Assembly: GCA_036444275.1 (NCBI GenBank)
Contig: JAZGAD010000023.1
Location: 1 to 31,365, forward strand
Direction: 5' to 3'
Source of the DNA: Candidatus Hydrothermarchaeales archaeon
Lineage (GTDB): Archaea > Hydrothermarchaeota > Hydrothermarchaeia > Hydrothermarchaeales > JAZGAD01
Length of the DNA: 31,365 nucleotides
The translations under genes were made by a program, and so were the position numbers. Positions within the stretch are counted from its first letter, which is position 1. Each line of letters begins with the position of its first letter. Positions 1-7,571 of the stretch are shown in pieces. Below the pieces are notes generated by a model that was not told the DNA's origin, made no database searches, and saw nothing but the letters and a program-made list of their open reading frames with translations.

Positions 1-89
1 AGAGCGACGTTAAGGCCGTAACCTACCACCTATTCAAGCTGGTGCAAAAAGGAGGGGAATGGACTGCTACCGTAGTACTGGACATATGA
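1..89 (+). CDS. Archease, C-terminal end (partial, runs off window start)
   Basis: Frame starting at nt 3 reads SDVKAVTYHLFKLVQKGGEWTATVVLDI*, matching the archease C-terminal signature (vKAvTyH...vlDi). Not in the ORF track. Confidence 0.88.
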   Translation, partial: SDVKAVTYHLFKLVQKGGEWTATVVLDI

Positions 90-118
90 TATGATACAAT
101 ATAATGCTCGGCTAGGTG

Positions 119-1798
119 TCACTCTAATATATCAAATCCTGTTAGGAGGTTCAGAAGCAGCAAGGCAGAAACACCGAGCAACGCCAGCGTGATGAAGTTG
201 TATATGCGGGATGGAACTTTAGGCACCGCTTTAAAAAAGTTTTCCAGAACCAGAACCACTGAGATCTCTGCCTCATGAGAAAACGCCCTATCACCCAGCT
301 TTGGATGCAGAAGCATGCCGGTAAAGTTCACCTTGTACCGCCCAGGCTTCTCAGGAGCTACTGCCTCGAATCCCTGGGTCGTTACCCCGTTAGGAGATAC
401 AACAACCTCTCTTATTCTGAAGCTTGCATTCCTCCAGCCCTCAAGCTCGATGCTAAGATTTCTTATAGTGAATTCATCTTCATCCGTATTCTTTAAAGTT
501 AGATTGAAGCTTTCGAGAGAGCCGTTCACTACCTCCATCGGCGATAGTAATAGCTGAAGGGGCATGGTGTGCACCCTCAACTGAAAGGCCACCGGCATTA
601 AGTGGAACGTCTCGTTCAGCTCGTTATCAGTAGAGTATCTTCCGGATGAGAAGATGGAATAACGCCCTGAGACTCCTCTAGGTACAGTTATAGAGAGGCT
701 CTTGCCTCTTTCCTCCTTACTCTCTAGGCTACTTATCGCCCAATTAATTTGTCTTCCACCTAGTTCCTCTGGGATATTAATGACAACCTCTAAATCCCTG
801 ACCCTAATCACGCCTACATTGGATGTTTTAACCGAGACTTCTACCTTGTCTTCAGCCATAAGGTGCTCTCTTGATAGGTGAACCTCTACTTCTATCCTGG
901 GTTCAATGGCATGGAGGGATATCTCCTTATTTAAGGCGGAGAGCACCCCAGCGGTAGAAAGAAGATCGCCGATATCCAAAGAGGAATAGGCGCTCCAGCT
1001 TCCATCCTTACGTTGCTTAGTGTAAAGCCAGCTGACAGCCCGCTGATAGCTTATTAGCTCTGGCCTCTCCCTGAGCAGGGCATAAACCGCTTTGAGGGAG
1101 ACTATTGAATTAGCTGTTGAGAAGACATCGAACCACTCACCGGTTTTCTCCTGTTTGTTGAGGAGCCAACTCTCGCCTTTTCTAATCGCTAGGATATAGT
1201 CATCGTTGGGGGCTACGGAATAGAGAAGCGACAATGCGAGAATGCAGTTTGATGTCGTCACAGCAGTATTCTCCCAGGAGCCGTCAACCTCCTGAGTTGC
1301 TAGCAGGTATTTTCCAGCTTCCTTTGTCTCGTTATATTGGAAGGCGCGCAGAGCAATAATAGCACTGCTAGTATACCAAGGAGTGCTCTCAAAAGCATTT
1401 GCCTTACCCCAGCCCCCGTCGAAATTCTGGTAGTTCAACAGCTCCTCTGCCAACGCCTGGTCTCTAGTGACTAACAGGGTTTTGCTTAAAGCGGTGGTTG
1501 CCCCTACATCTTGGATGCGCAGCCATTGCAAACCTCTTTCAATAGCCGATTTATATGCCTCCTCTTGCTCATTCGACAAATGCTCTGTCTGCTTGAACAG
1601 ATAGTCCTCGACGGCTTCCAGGGCATTTGCCGTAACATATACTTGGAAGTCTACCCCTTTGCTTCCATCACCCCAGCTTCCATCAGGGTTTTGCTCTTCC
1701 AGCAACCACTTAGCGGCATCGTCTTCACTGGCCAGCAAGATGACTGGGAAAAATAGGAAAAGGAAAACTAAAAACAGTACTAGGAGCTTGAGCTTCAT
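119..1798 (-). CDS. Secreted, membrane-anchored protein with prenyltransferase/squalene-oxidase (QW) repeats and Ig-like domains
   Basis: N-terminal signal peptide. Five QW-type repeats (WLLEEQNPDGSWG, LLNYQNFDGGWG, YLLATQEVDGSWE, WLLNKQEKTGEWF, WLYTKQRKDGSWS). Two beta-rich CARDB/NEW3-like segments and a C-terminal TM helix. GGAG RBS upstream. Confidence 0.8.
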   Translation of the reverse strand: MKLKLLVLFLVFLFLFFPVILLASEDDAAKWLLEEQNPDGSWGDGSKGVDFQVYVTANALEAVEDYLFKQTEHLSNEQEEAYKSAIERGLQWLRIQDVGATTALSKTLLVTRDQALAEELLNYQNFDGGWGKANAFESTPWYTSSAIIALRAFQYNETKEAGKYLLATQEVDGSWENTAVTTSNCILALSLLYSVAPNDDYILAIRKGESWLLNKQEKTGEWFDVFSTANSIVSLKAVYALLRERPELISYQRAVSWLYTKQRKDGSWSAYSSLDIGDLLSTAGVLSALNKEISLHAIEPRIEVEVHLSREHLMAEDKVEVSVKTSNVGVIRVRDLEVVINIPEELGGRQINWAISSLESKEERGKSLSITVPRGVSGRYSIFSSGRYSTDNELNETFHLMPVAFQLRVHTMPLQLLLSPMEVVNGSLESFNLTLKNTDEDEFTIRNLSIELEGWRNASFRIREVVVSPNGVTTQGFEAVAPEKPGRYKVNFTGMLLHPKLGDRAFSHEAEISVVLVLENFFKAVPKVPSRIYNFITLALLGVSALLLLNLLTGFDILE

Positions 1799-2154
1799 AT
1801 TCGTCTCCCCGCTGAGCTACCGTTTCATGAGCCCCATTTTGTCTATTAACACAGGCATAGCTATTTAAGAAGGGCTAAATCCGGAAAAAAAATTCGTGCC
1901 TTCCACTTTGAGATTATAATCTTTATTAGTATAACTCGTGTGAAATAGGCATTGAAAGGCTTTGTATACGGAATATAGCTTCATTTTTTCTTATATCTCT
2001 AATCTGCACCTTAGCATGATTCAGCAAAAAGTGAGCGTGGCTCAACAAAAAATTTAAATATACGAAGGTTGATTGAAATACGGTGAGCGAGGGAACAAGC
2101 GAATTTTTTTATTCCACCCCCTTCCTACGCTCCCTCCTCTCCATTTAACTATAA

Positions 2155-3051
2155 TTATAACAAAAATCCCAGTGTAAACAATAGTACAGTTGCGCTGTAG
2201 GTCTTCGCCATCTCTGCATTGGCAGCTGCCACCCTTATTCTGTCATCATAGTACCTCTGCAAGTAGCCAACTGAACGCATGGCAAATGGTAAGGAGAGCA
2301 GGGCAATAAGTACCCAAGGCGGGAATACTTCGAATATGACGCCGAAGCCTATGAAGGCATAAATAGCTGCCAGACTCAGGGTGTAGAGCCCGGAGCTACG
2401 CTTCACACCAAACTGTACAGTGAGGTTTCTCTTTCCAGCTCTAGAATCCTCCTTGTAGTCAGGAATCTCATTCACCAGGATCATGGCCCACATAAGCATC
2501 CCTGGAACCAAGCCTGCTAGGAACGCTCTCGTGCTCAATACCTCTGCCTGGACGAAGTAGGCACCCAAAGTTATGATCGGCCCATAGCCGAGGAGCATGG
2601 CCAACTCACCTAGTCTTCGGTATGCCAGTTTGAACCGCACTACAGTGTAAACAATGGAAATGAAAAAGCCGGCGAGGGCAATATAGAGCACTTCTATACC
2701 CACATTCAAAGCGAAGTATAGCCCTATGAAGAAGGCGCTGAGATAGAAGGCGACTATAACACCTAGCATCTTTTTAGGCTTTATCCTGCCATCTGCCAGT
2801 ACACCACTTCCCCCGCTGTAAGGGTTCTTATACATGCTTTTGGTCCTATCGGTTCCCTGGAGATAGTCCACCAGGTCTTTGAGCATGGTGAGGCCGAATT
2901 GCACTAGCATCATGCCGAGAAAAGCAAGCGCGAAATAGCCGAGGTTTACCAAGCGCTCGTCATTCCATGCAACGGCCGTGCCCAAAAGCACCGGGAGCAC
3001 TCCCTGCGGTAGGAACTTGAACCTAACCGCTTCAACCCAGTCCCTCATCAT
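2155..3051 (-). CDS. menA: UbiA-superfamily prenyltransferase, MenA-like (1,4-dihydroxy-2-naphthoate polyprenyltransferase)
   Basis: Multi-TM protein with DxxDxxxGxD, PYSGGSG, LGE and NEIPDYKEDSRAGKRNL motifs typical of MenA/UBIAD1. Confidence 0.75.
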   Translation of the reverse strand: MMRDWVEAVRFKFLPQGVLPVLLGTAVAWNDERLVNLGYFALAFLGMMLVQFGLTMLKDLVDYLQGTDRTKSMYKNPYSGGSGVLADGRIKPKKMLGVIVAFYLSAFFIGLYFALNVGIEVLYIALAGFFISIVYTVVRFKLAYRRLGELAMLLGYGPIITLGAYFVQAEVLSTRAFLAGLVPGMLMWAMILVNEIPDYKEDSRAGKRNLTVQFGVKRSSGLYTLSLAAIYAFIGFGVIFEVFPPWVLIALLSLPFAMRSVGYLQRYYDDRIRVAAANAEMAKTYSATVLLFTLGFLL

Positions 3052-3132
3052 CTCAACTCCTCCAGAGCGATTTAGATAGATAACAAACTCTCTGCTTATA
3101 TTTTTTTATCCTATTCTACTGCAAGCGTTAGT

Positions 3133-4287
3133 CTAGCTGAATTTTTTCAATGCTTTCTCTATCCTGTTCATCCCCTCTTTTATATTCTCGATGGAGGTAG
3201 CATAGGAGAACCTTAGGTGCCCTTCTCCCCGTCTGCCAAAGGCGATGCCCGGTGTAACCGCTACTCTTGCCTCTTTCAGTAGATAACTCGATAGTTTGGT
3301 GGAGTCTTCTGAAATAGCCTTGACGTCTGGGAAGATGTAGTATGCTGCATTAGGCTCTTTGACCTTGAAACCCTCCATTTCTTGAAGACGCCCTACGATA
3401 TATTCCCTCCTCCTAGCGAACTCATCAAGCATCGCCCTTACCTCATCCCTGCATTCTAGGGCTGTGACAGCTGCGTGCTGAACGAAGGAACTCGGCGATA
3501 TATAGAAATTCTGCTGGAGCTTTAGAACTTCTGCTGCCAACTCAGGCTCACATACAACGTATCCTACCCTCCAACCGGTCATCGAGTACAGCTTGGAGAA
3601 GCCGTCAAGCATGACGACCTTATCATAGCCTGTCTCCAGTATGCTTGGGCTCCTGTGCCTTCCATCGTATACCAAGCCAGAGTATATCTCGTCAGAGAGC
3701 ACATAGCTATTGCTGTCTTCTGCTATCTCAGCCAGCTCCCTGAGCTCTTTTAATTCGAGGAACATGCCAGTTGGGTTTGACGGCGTATTAACTAGTATTG
3801 CTTTGGTTCTACTGCTTATCTTTTCCTTCAGGTCCTCCATGTCCAGTTTGAAGTCATCGGTGAGCGAGGTATAGACTGGTTTGGCATCCAGAAAGCAGAC
3901 GAAATTGGGATAGCACGGATAGTGGGGATCAGTCATTATCACCTCGTCGCCTGGATCGAGAAGGCTCGCTAAAGCGAAGAAGAGAGCTTGACTCACACCG
4001 CCGGTTACAATTATCTCTGAATTAGAGTCAAATCTCCTACCAGTGAACTCAAGGTGGGAAGCTAAAGCCTCCCTGAGCTTCAACAAGCCAGCGGACTCAG
4101 TGTAGTGGGTGAAGCCCCTATTTATTGCTTGGACAGCGCTCTCCCTTATCCTCTGGGGTGTAACAAAATCAGGTTCGCCTATCTCGAAATGGATTACCCT
4201 CTTTCCCTCCCGCTCCATCCTCTGCGCCCTAGCCAGGATCTCCATTACCTGGAAGGGCTTAACACCAGCTACCCTCCTGGAGGTCAT
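3133..4287 (-). CDS. PLP-dependent aminotransferase class I/II (aspartate aminotransferase-like)
   Basis: IGEPDF, NTPSNPTG, SDEIY and FSKLYSMTGWRVG (PLP lysine) motifs; LRFSYA near the C-terminus. Confidence 0.93.
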   Translation of the reverse strand: MTSRRVAGVKPFQVMEILARAQRMEREGKRVIHFEIGEPDFVTPQRIRESAVQAINRGFTHYTESAGLLKLREALASHLEFTGRRFDSNSEIIVTGGVSQALFFALASLLDPGDEVIMTDPHYPCYPNFVCFLDAKPVYTSLTDDFKLDMEDLKEKISSRTKAILVNTPSNPTGMFLELKELRELAEIAEDSNSYVLSDEIYSGLVYDGRHRSPSILETGYDKVVMLDGFSKLYSMTGWRVGYVVCEPELAAEVLKLQQNFYISPSSFVQHAAVTALECRDEVRAMLDEFARRREYIVGRLQEMEGFKVKEPNAAYYIFPDVKAISEDSTKLSSYLLKEARVAVTPGIAFGRRGEGHLRFSYATSIENIKEGMNRIEKALKKFS

Positions 4288-4406
4288 AATTATAGCTAAA
4301 GTTAATGTCCGGTGTTAAATATTTTGTTTATTTTGATACGTTGAATCTATCAGCCCCAAAAAGATTAACCCATTTTTCAGTTTTCAAAAAATACTGTATA
4401 AATAGG

Positions 4407-4616
4407 CTTTGGAACAAATTTAAGGGCAAAGACTTTGGATATGAGGAAGCCTCGAAGGTTCTGAAAGAAAAGGACAAAAATCTGGTTAGCGTTGTTTTAT
4501 CCCAGCTAAGAAAGCATGGTTGGTTAATAATAAAGTTACACCCCAAAGATTCAAGAAAGAGGATTTATAAACTGAAAAGTCCGGAGAAAGCTATAGAGGA
4601 ACTAAAAGTCGGGTGA
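4407..4616 (+). pseudogene. Winged-helix DNA-binding protein, probably 5'-truncated (track ORF 4305..4616)
   Basis: LWNKFKGKDFGYEEASKVL...VSVVLSQLRKHGWL...DSRKRIYKL is a MarR-like wHTH with wing. The first 34 codons of the track ORF look non-homologous and overlap the aminotransferase promoter region. Confidence 0.55.
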
Positions 4617-4686
4617 TGGTTGACTACTCAGTCAAAAATAGGGAAACGTTTGAATGTAGTGAAAAAAGAAGTTTCTATGCCGATAA

Positions 4687-4857
4687 CTATCTGGGCTTTT
4701 TCTGTATCTCTTCTATTTCTTCTAAACGCCTTCTCACGGCATCTTTAACAAACTCGCTTATGGAAGAATAACCGAGTTTCTTTTTATTTATCACGTCTTC
4801 TATCTTTGCAACCAGGTCATCGGGAATCCTCAAAGAGCGGTATCCGGTTTTGGGCAT
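4687..4857 (-). CDS. Ribbon-helix-helix (CopG/Arc/MetJ-type) protein, 56 aa
   Basis: Hand translation: MPKTGYRSLRIPDDLVAKIEDVINKKKLGYSSISEFVKDAVRRRLEEIEEIQKKPR*. It has the beta-strand (SLRIP), helix, GYSS.SEF.++A+R pattern. Below the ORF-track size cut-off. Confidence 0.85.
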   Translation of the reverse strand: MPKTGYRSLRIPDDLVAKIEDVINKKKLGYSSISEFVKDAVRRRLEEIEEIQKKPR

Positions 4858-5001
4858 GCATTTCGCTTAGAATCGAGGTTATTTCTAATTTGTTTGTCAC
4901 ATATGTAGCATGCATGACGCATAACGAAATCTTTAAGAATAATCACTGCTGTAAATTAATCACTGAAGGCAATAAGATGGAACGACAGAAATTATATATC
5001 A

Positions 5002-5052
5002 TAGGCTTTGCCTAACAAGTCCCCCAAAAGTAGGGTCTGCCTAAAAAGTGCC
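5002..5052. promoter_or_regulatory. Two imperfect 22-bp direct repeats, each with a TAGG-N5-CCTA palindrome; putative operator pair
   Basis: TAGGCTTTGCCTAACAAGTCCC (5002-5023) and TAGGGTCTGCCTAAAAAGTGCC (5031-5052), 18/22 identical, just upstream of a TTTAAATA box at about 5082-5089. Confidence 0.4.
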
Positions 5053-5126
5053 ATTTGTGTAAAAAGTAAAAATTCAACAATTTTAAATAAAACCACCTTG
5101 AAAGATGATAAACGGAGGCATGGAGT

Positions 5127-6962
5127 ATGAAAAAGAACTTCTATAGGGGACTTGTGATTTTTATAGTAGTGTTTTTTTTAGTCCTGCCAAATGTATATGC
5201 AACTTATGATATCAAGATTATTGATCCATCTACATTGACTGCTGAAACACACAAAATAGACGTTGCTCCAGGTAAATTTTACGACATAGAATTTACAATA
5301 GAATATGAAGTTGAAGGTTTGACAAAAATATCAGCAAACATTGTTCCTGACTCTAAAGATAAGAGTGTGTGGCAATATGCTCATTTCGATACTATGACAA
5401 ATTTAGGGAAAAAGGGGGTTACCGGCTCTGGTCAGTTGACAATAACATTGGGGTCTAAAGCACCTTTAGAGACAGGAATGTATGAAAAGAAATTAAGTGT
5501 AGGTTTACACGATCCAGACACTTGGGAGACTATAGAAAGTAAAGGATACACATTTACTTTGAACGTTACATCTGAATTAAAGCCTACTTTGCCAGAGACA
5601 GGGATTACAATTAAAAATAATTTTGATGACCAAACTCATCAAAGCATATTCAACAATGTGAATGAATTTACCCAAATGATTGAGAATGCTATACCCTTCT
5701 CGAATAGTCCGGACCATGGTGGAATCTTCATAGATTCATTGATTAGTTTAAATTTTGAAAATCCGGGGAGGATCACAAAGGTTACTGGTTATTTGAAGGT
5801 TGAAGATTATACAGAGAGTGATCTTCCAACTAATTATTTTGACTTTGCTAAAACAGGCGATGGGATTTACAAGCGAAATGTGATTATAAAAGATATTAAA
5901 AAAAGGAATTTTGATTTTTTAAAAGACCTTTTTAGCTTCCTTTCACTCATGGCCGGATCACCTGGAACGAAAGCACCTTTAGATACCCTCGTTTATTATG
6001 AGGCGCAATATCCATCCATAACACTTGAAAAAGTAGTAGTGGAATTAGAAGATGGAACTTCAAATGAATTTATGATCAACAAACCGTTGCCAAAATTCAC
6101 CAGGTCAAATACATTTAGTTCATGTATCCCTCCTTGTTCCTTAGATACCATTACCGAACTAACAGCTCTTTCTCCTGTGGATTTATTAGTTGAAGATTCT
6201 TCAGGGAGAAAAGTAGGGACTAGACATGAAGATAGCTTGAATAAAAAATATAATGAGATTCCAAACTCAATCTATTCGGGCGATGGTGAACACGAATTTA
6301 TAATTCTAACAGGCAGTGAAAAAGAAAAATATCAGACATACATCCAAGCAACTGATGAAGGTGATTTTGATTTAATTATCAATCAAACAAGGTCCGAGGA
6401 AACAAACACTATCATTTATAAAAATGTACCAGTTGCACAAAAAACCGTAGCTACTACCGAAGTTGGCCTTTCTGTTACCGAGAATATAATGGAAATAGAT
6501 AAAGACGGTGATGGCACTACCGATGAAAAGAGAGCCCCAAATGTAGTCGAAAGTCCCTCATCAAGAGAAACCAAAGCTCAGAAACCCAAGATAGTTGTTC
6601 TCGCCAACTCCATTGACTTCCCACTTGCAGCAGAACTTTTTGGTTTCCTCCGTAACAAAGGATTGGAGGTCATTCATACTAATGTATATGACTTTGAGCA
6701 CTATAAAAATGAGAAATTCGTGGTTATTCTTGGGGGACCGGATGCGCCCGAAGAAGTAGGATCAATAGTTCAAGAGGTCCTTTCAGAAGCAGAACAAGAT
6801 AGTATCAGAGAAACTGGAGCCAGGAAAAAATATGTTAAAACCAATGTTTGGACTCAAGGTCAAAGAGTAATGGTCATTGCTGGATCTGATAGACACGAAA
6901 CTAAAAATTCAGAAGATGAAAATAAGGAGAACATCGCCTCCGAAGCTGAATCTGGTAGTTAA
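5127..6962 (+). CDS. Secreted cell-surface protein with Ig-like domains, a Ca-binding loop and a C-terminal S-layer/cell-wall-binding-2-like domain
   Basis: Signal peptide ending VYA; SPVDLLVEDSSGRKVG domain; DKDGDGTTDE loop; C-terminal VILGGPDA...VIAGSDRHET motif; GGAGG RBS. Confidence 0.75.
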   Translation: MKKNFYRGLVIFIVVFFLVLPNVYATYDIKIIDPSTLTAETHKIDVAPGKFYDIEFTIEYEVEGLTKISANIVPDSKDKSVWQYAHFDTMTNLGKKGVTGSGQLTITLGSKAPLETGMYEKKLSVGLHDPDTWETIESKGYTFTLNVTSELKPTLPETGITIKNNFDDQTHQSIFNNVNEFTQMIENAIPFSNSPDHGGIFIDSLISLNFENPGRITKVTGYLKVEDYTESDLPTNYFDFAKTGDGIYKRNVIIKDIKKRNFDFLKDLFSFLSLMAGSPGTKAPLDTLVYYEAQYPSITLEKVVVELEDGTSNEFMINKPLPKFTRSNTFSSCIPPCSLDTITELTALSPVDLLVEDSSGRKVGTRHEDSLNKKYNEIPNSIYSGDGEHEFIILTGSEKEKYQTYIQATDEGDFDLIINQTRSEETNTIIYKNVPVAQKTVATTEVGLSVTENIMEIDKDGDGTTDEKRAPNVVESPSSRETKAQKPKIVVLANSIDFPLAAELFGFLRNKGLEVIHTNVYDFEHYKNEKFVVILGGPDAPEEVGSIVQEVLSEAEQDSIRETGARKKYVKTNVWTQGQRVMVIAGSDRHETKNSEDENKENIASEAESGS

Positions 6963-7133
6963 ATTTAATCAGTCTTTTTCAACCAGTTCAAGATTCCCCC
7001 TCTTGTTAATATTCCTTGAAAATCTTTGACTAATTCAAAACCCCGGTATAGCGTTTATTCAGATATTTAATATCTGGTAAATATATATTTGTTATCCTTT
7101 GGTAGGTTTTTCCACGCTAATTGAGGAAAAGAG

Positions 7134-7334
7134 GTGGCAAGTGTGAAAGCCTATAATGCATTTATGAAGGCAAACCTAACCAAATATCTCGGGGAATGGA
7201 TAGCTATAGCTGACAATGAGATAGTGTCTCATGGCAAGGACATCAGGGCAATTTATGATCAAGCCAAAGAAAAATACCCAAACGCGCGTATAATGATCAC
7301 AAAGGTTCCAGAGAAGCAACACTGCATTTTTTAA
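7134..7334 (+). CDS. DUF5678-family small protein
   Basis: KYLGEWIAIADNEIVSHGKD...AKEKYP...I.KVP matches the family pattern (Y.GeWvai.dg.ivahg). Confidence 0.8.
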   Translation: MASVKAYNAFMKANLTKYLGEWIAIADNEIVSHGKDIRAIYDQAKEKYPNARIMITKVPEKQHCIF

Positions 7335-7362
7335 CATTTAAGGAGGTCATTCCTTATTTTTT

Positions 7363-7401
7363 ATGTCAATTACCTGTAGATACAAAACAATAAGGTTTTG
7401 A
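7363..7401 (+). pseudogene. Truncated start of the usual DUF5678 partner (retropepsin-like aspartyl protease?)
   Basis: MSITCRYKTIRF* directly follows DUF5678 and resembles the M..i.f.Yk start of such partners. It stops after 12 codons. Confidence 0.35.
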
Positions 7402-7429
7402 TTCCTAGCCCAAGCGTGACCAACCGGTG

Positions 7430-7480
7430 TTTTGGACAGCCCAAAAATGCACCACTCAAAAACGTGGAATCAACAGTGCC
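7430..7480 (-). mobile_element. Possible orphan IS terminal inverted repeat (IS6-like)
   Basis: The reverse complement of 7471-7480 is GGCACTGTTG, the start of the IS26/IS6-family TIR as I recall it. A nearby palindrome reads TTTTGG-acagc-CCAAAA. No transposase and no partner TIR seen. Confidence 0.3.
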
Positions 7481-7571
7481 TCATTTATTTTCTCTTATTT
7501 ATACTATAGAAATCACTTTTCATATGCTTGGAAAACCAAGTTAAAGGCTATAGATAGATGTAGCACTAAGT

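Noticed and set aside
1802-1822. tRNA-like D-arm on the minus strand (GGTAGCTCAGCGGGGAGACG)
   Set aside because: No acceptor stem, anticodon arm or T-loop; the GGAG is simply the RBS of the 559-aa gene.
2082-2142. Archaeal SECIS or H/ACA RNA
   Set aside because: It lacks the GAA/A motif closed by three G-C pairs, the ACA box and a K-turn, and no UGA-interrupted ORF is nearby.
4806-5015. 69-aa + strand ORF
   Set aside because: It overlaps the convincing minus-strand RHH gene and its promoter, and has no recognisable motif.
5033-7443. Composite element bounded by GGGTCTGCCTAAAAA / TTTTGGACAGCCC inverted ends
   Set aside because: The match needs a gap and mismatches, and there is no target-site duplication or transposase.
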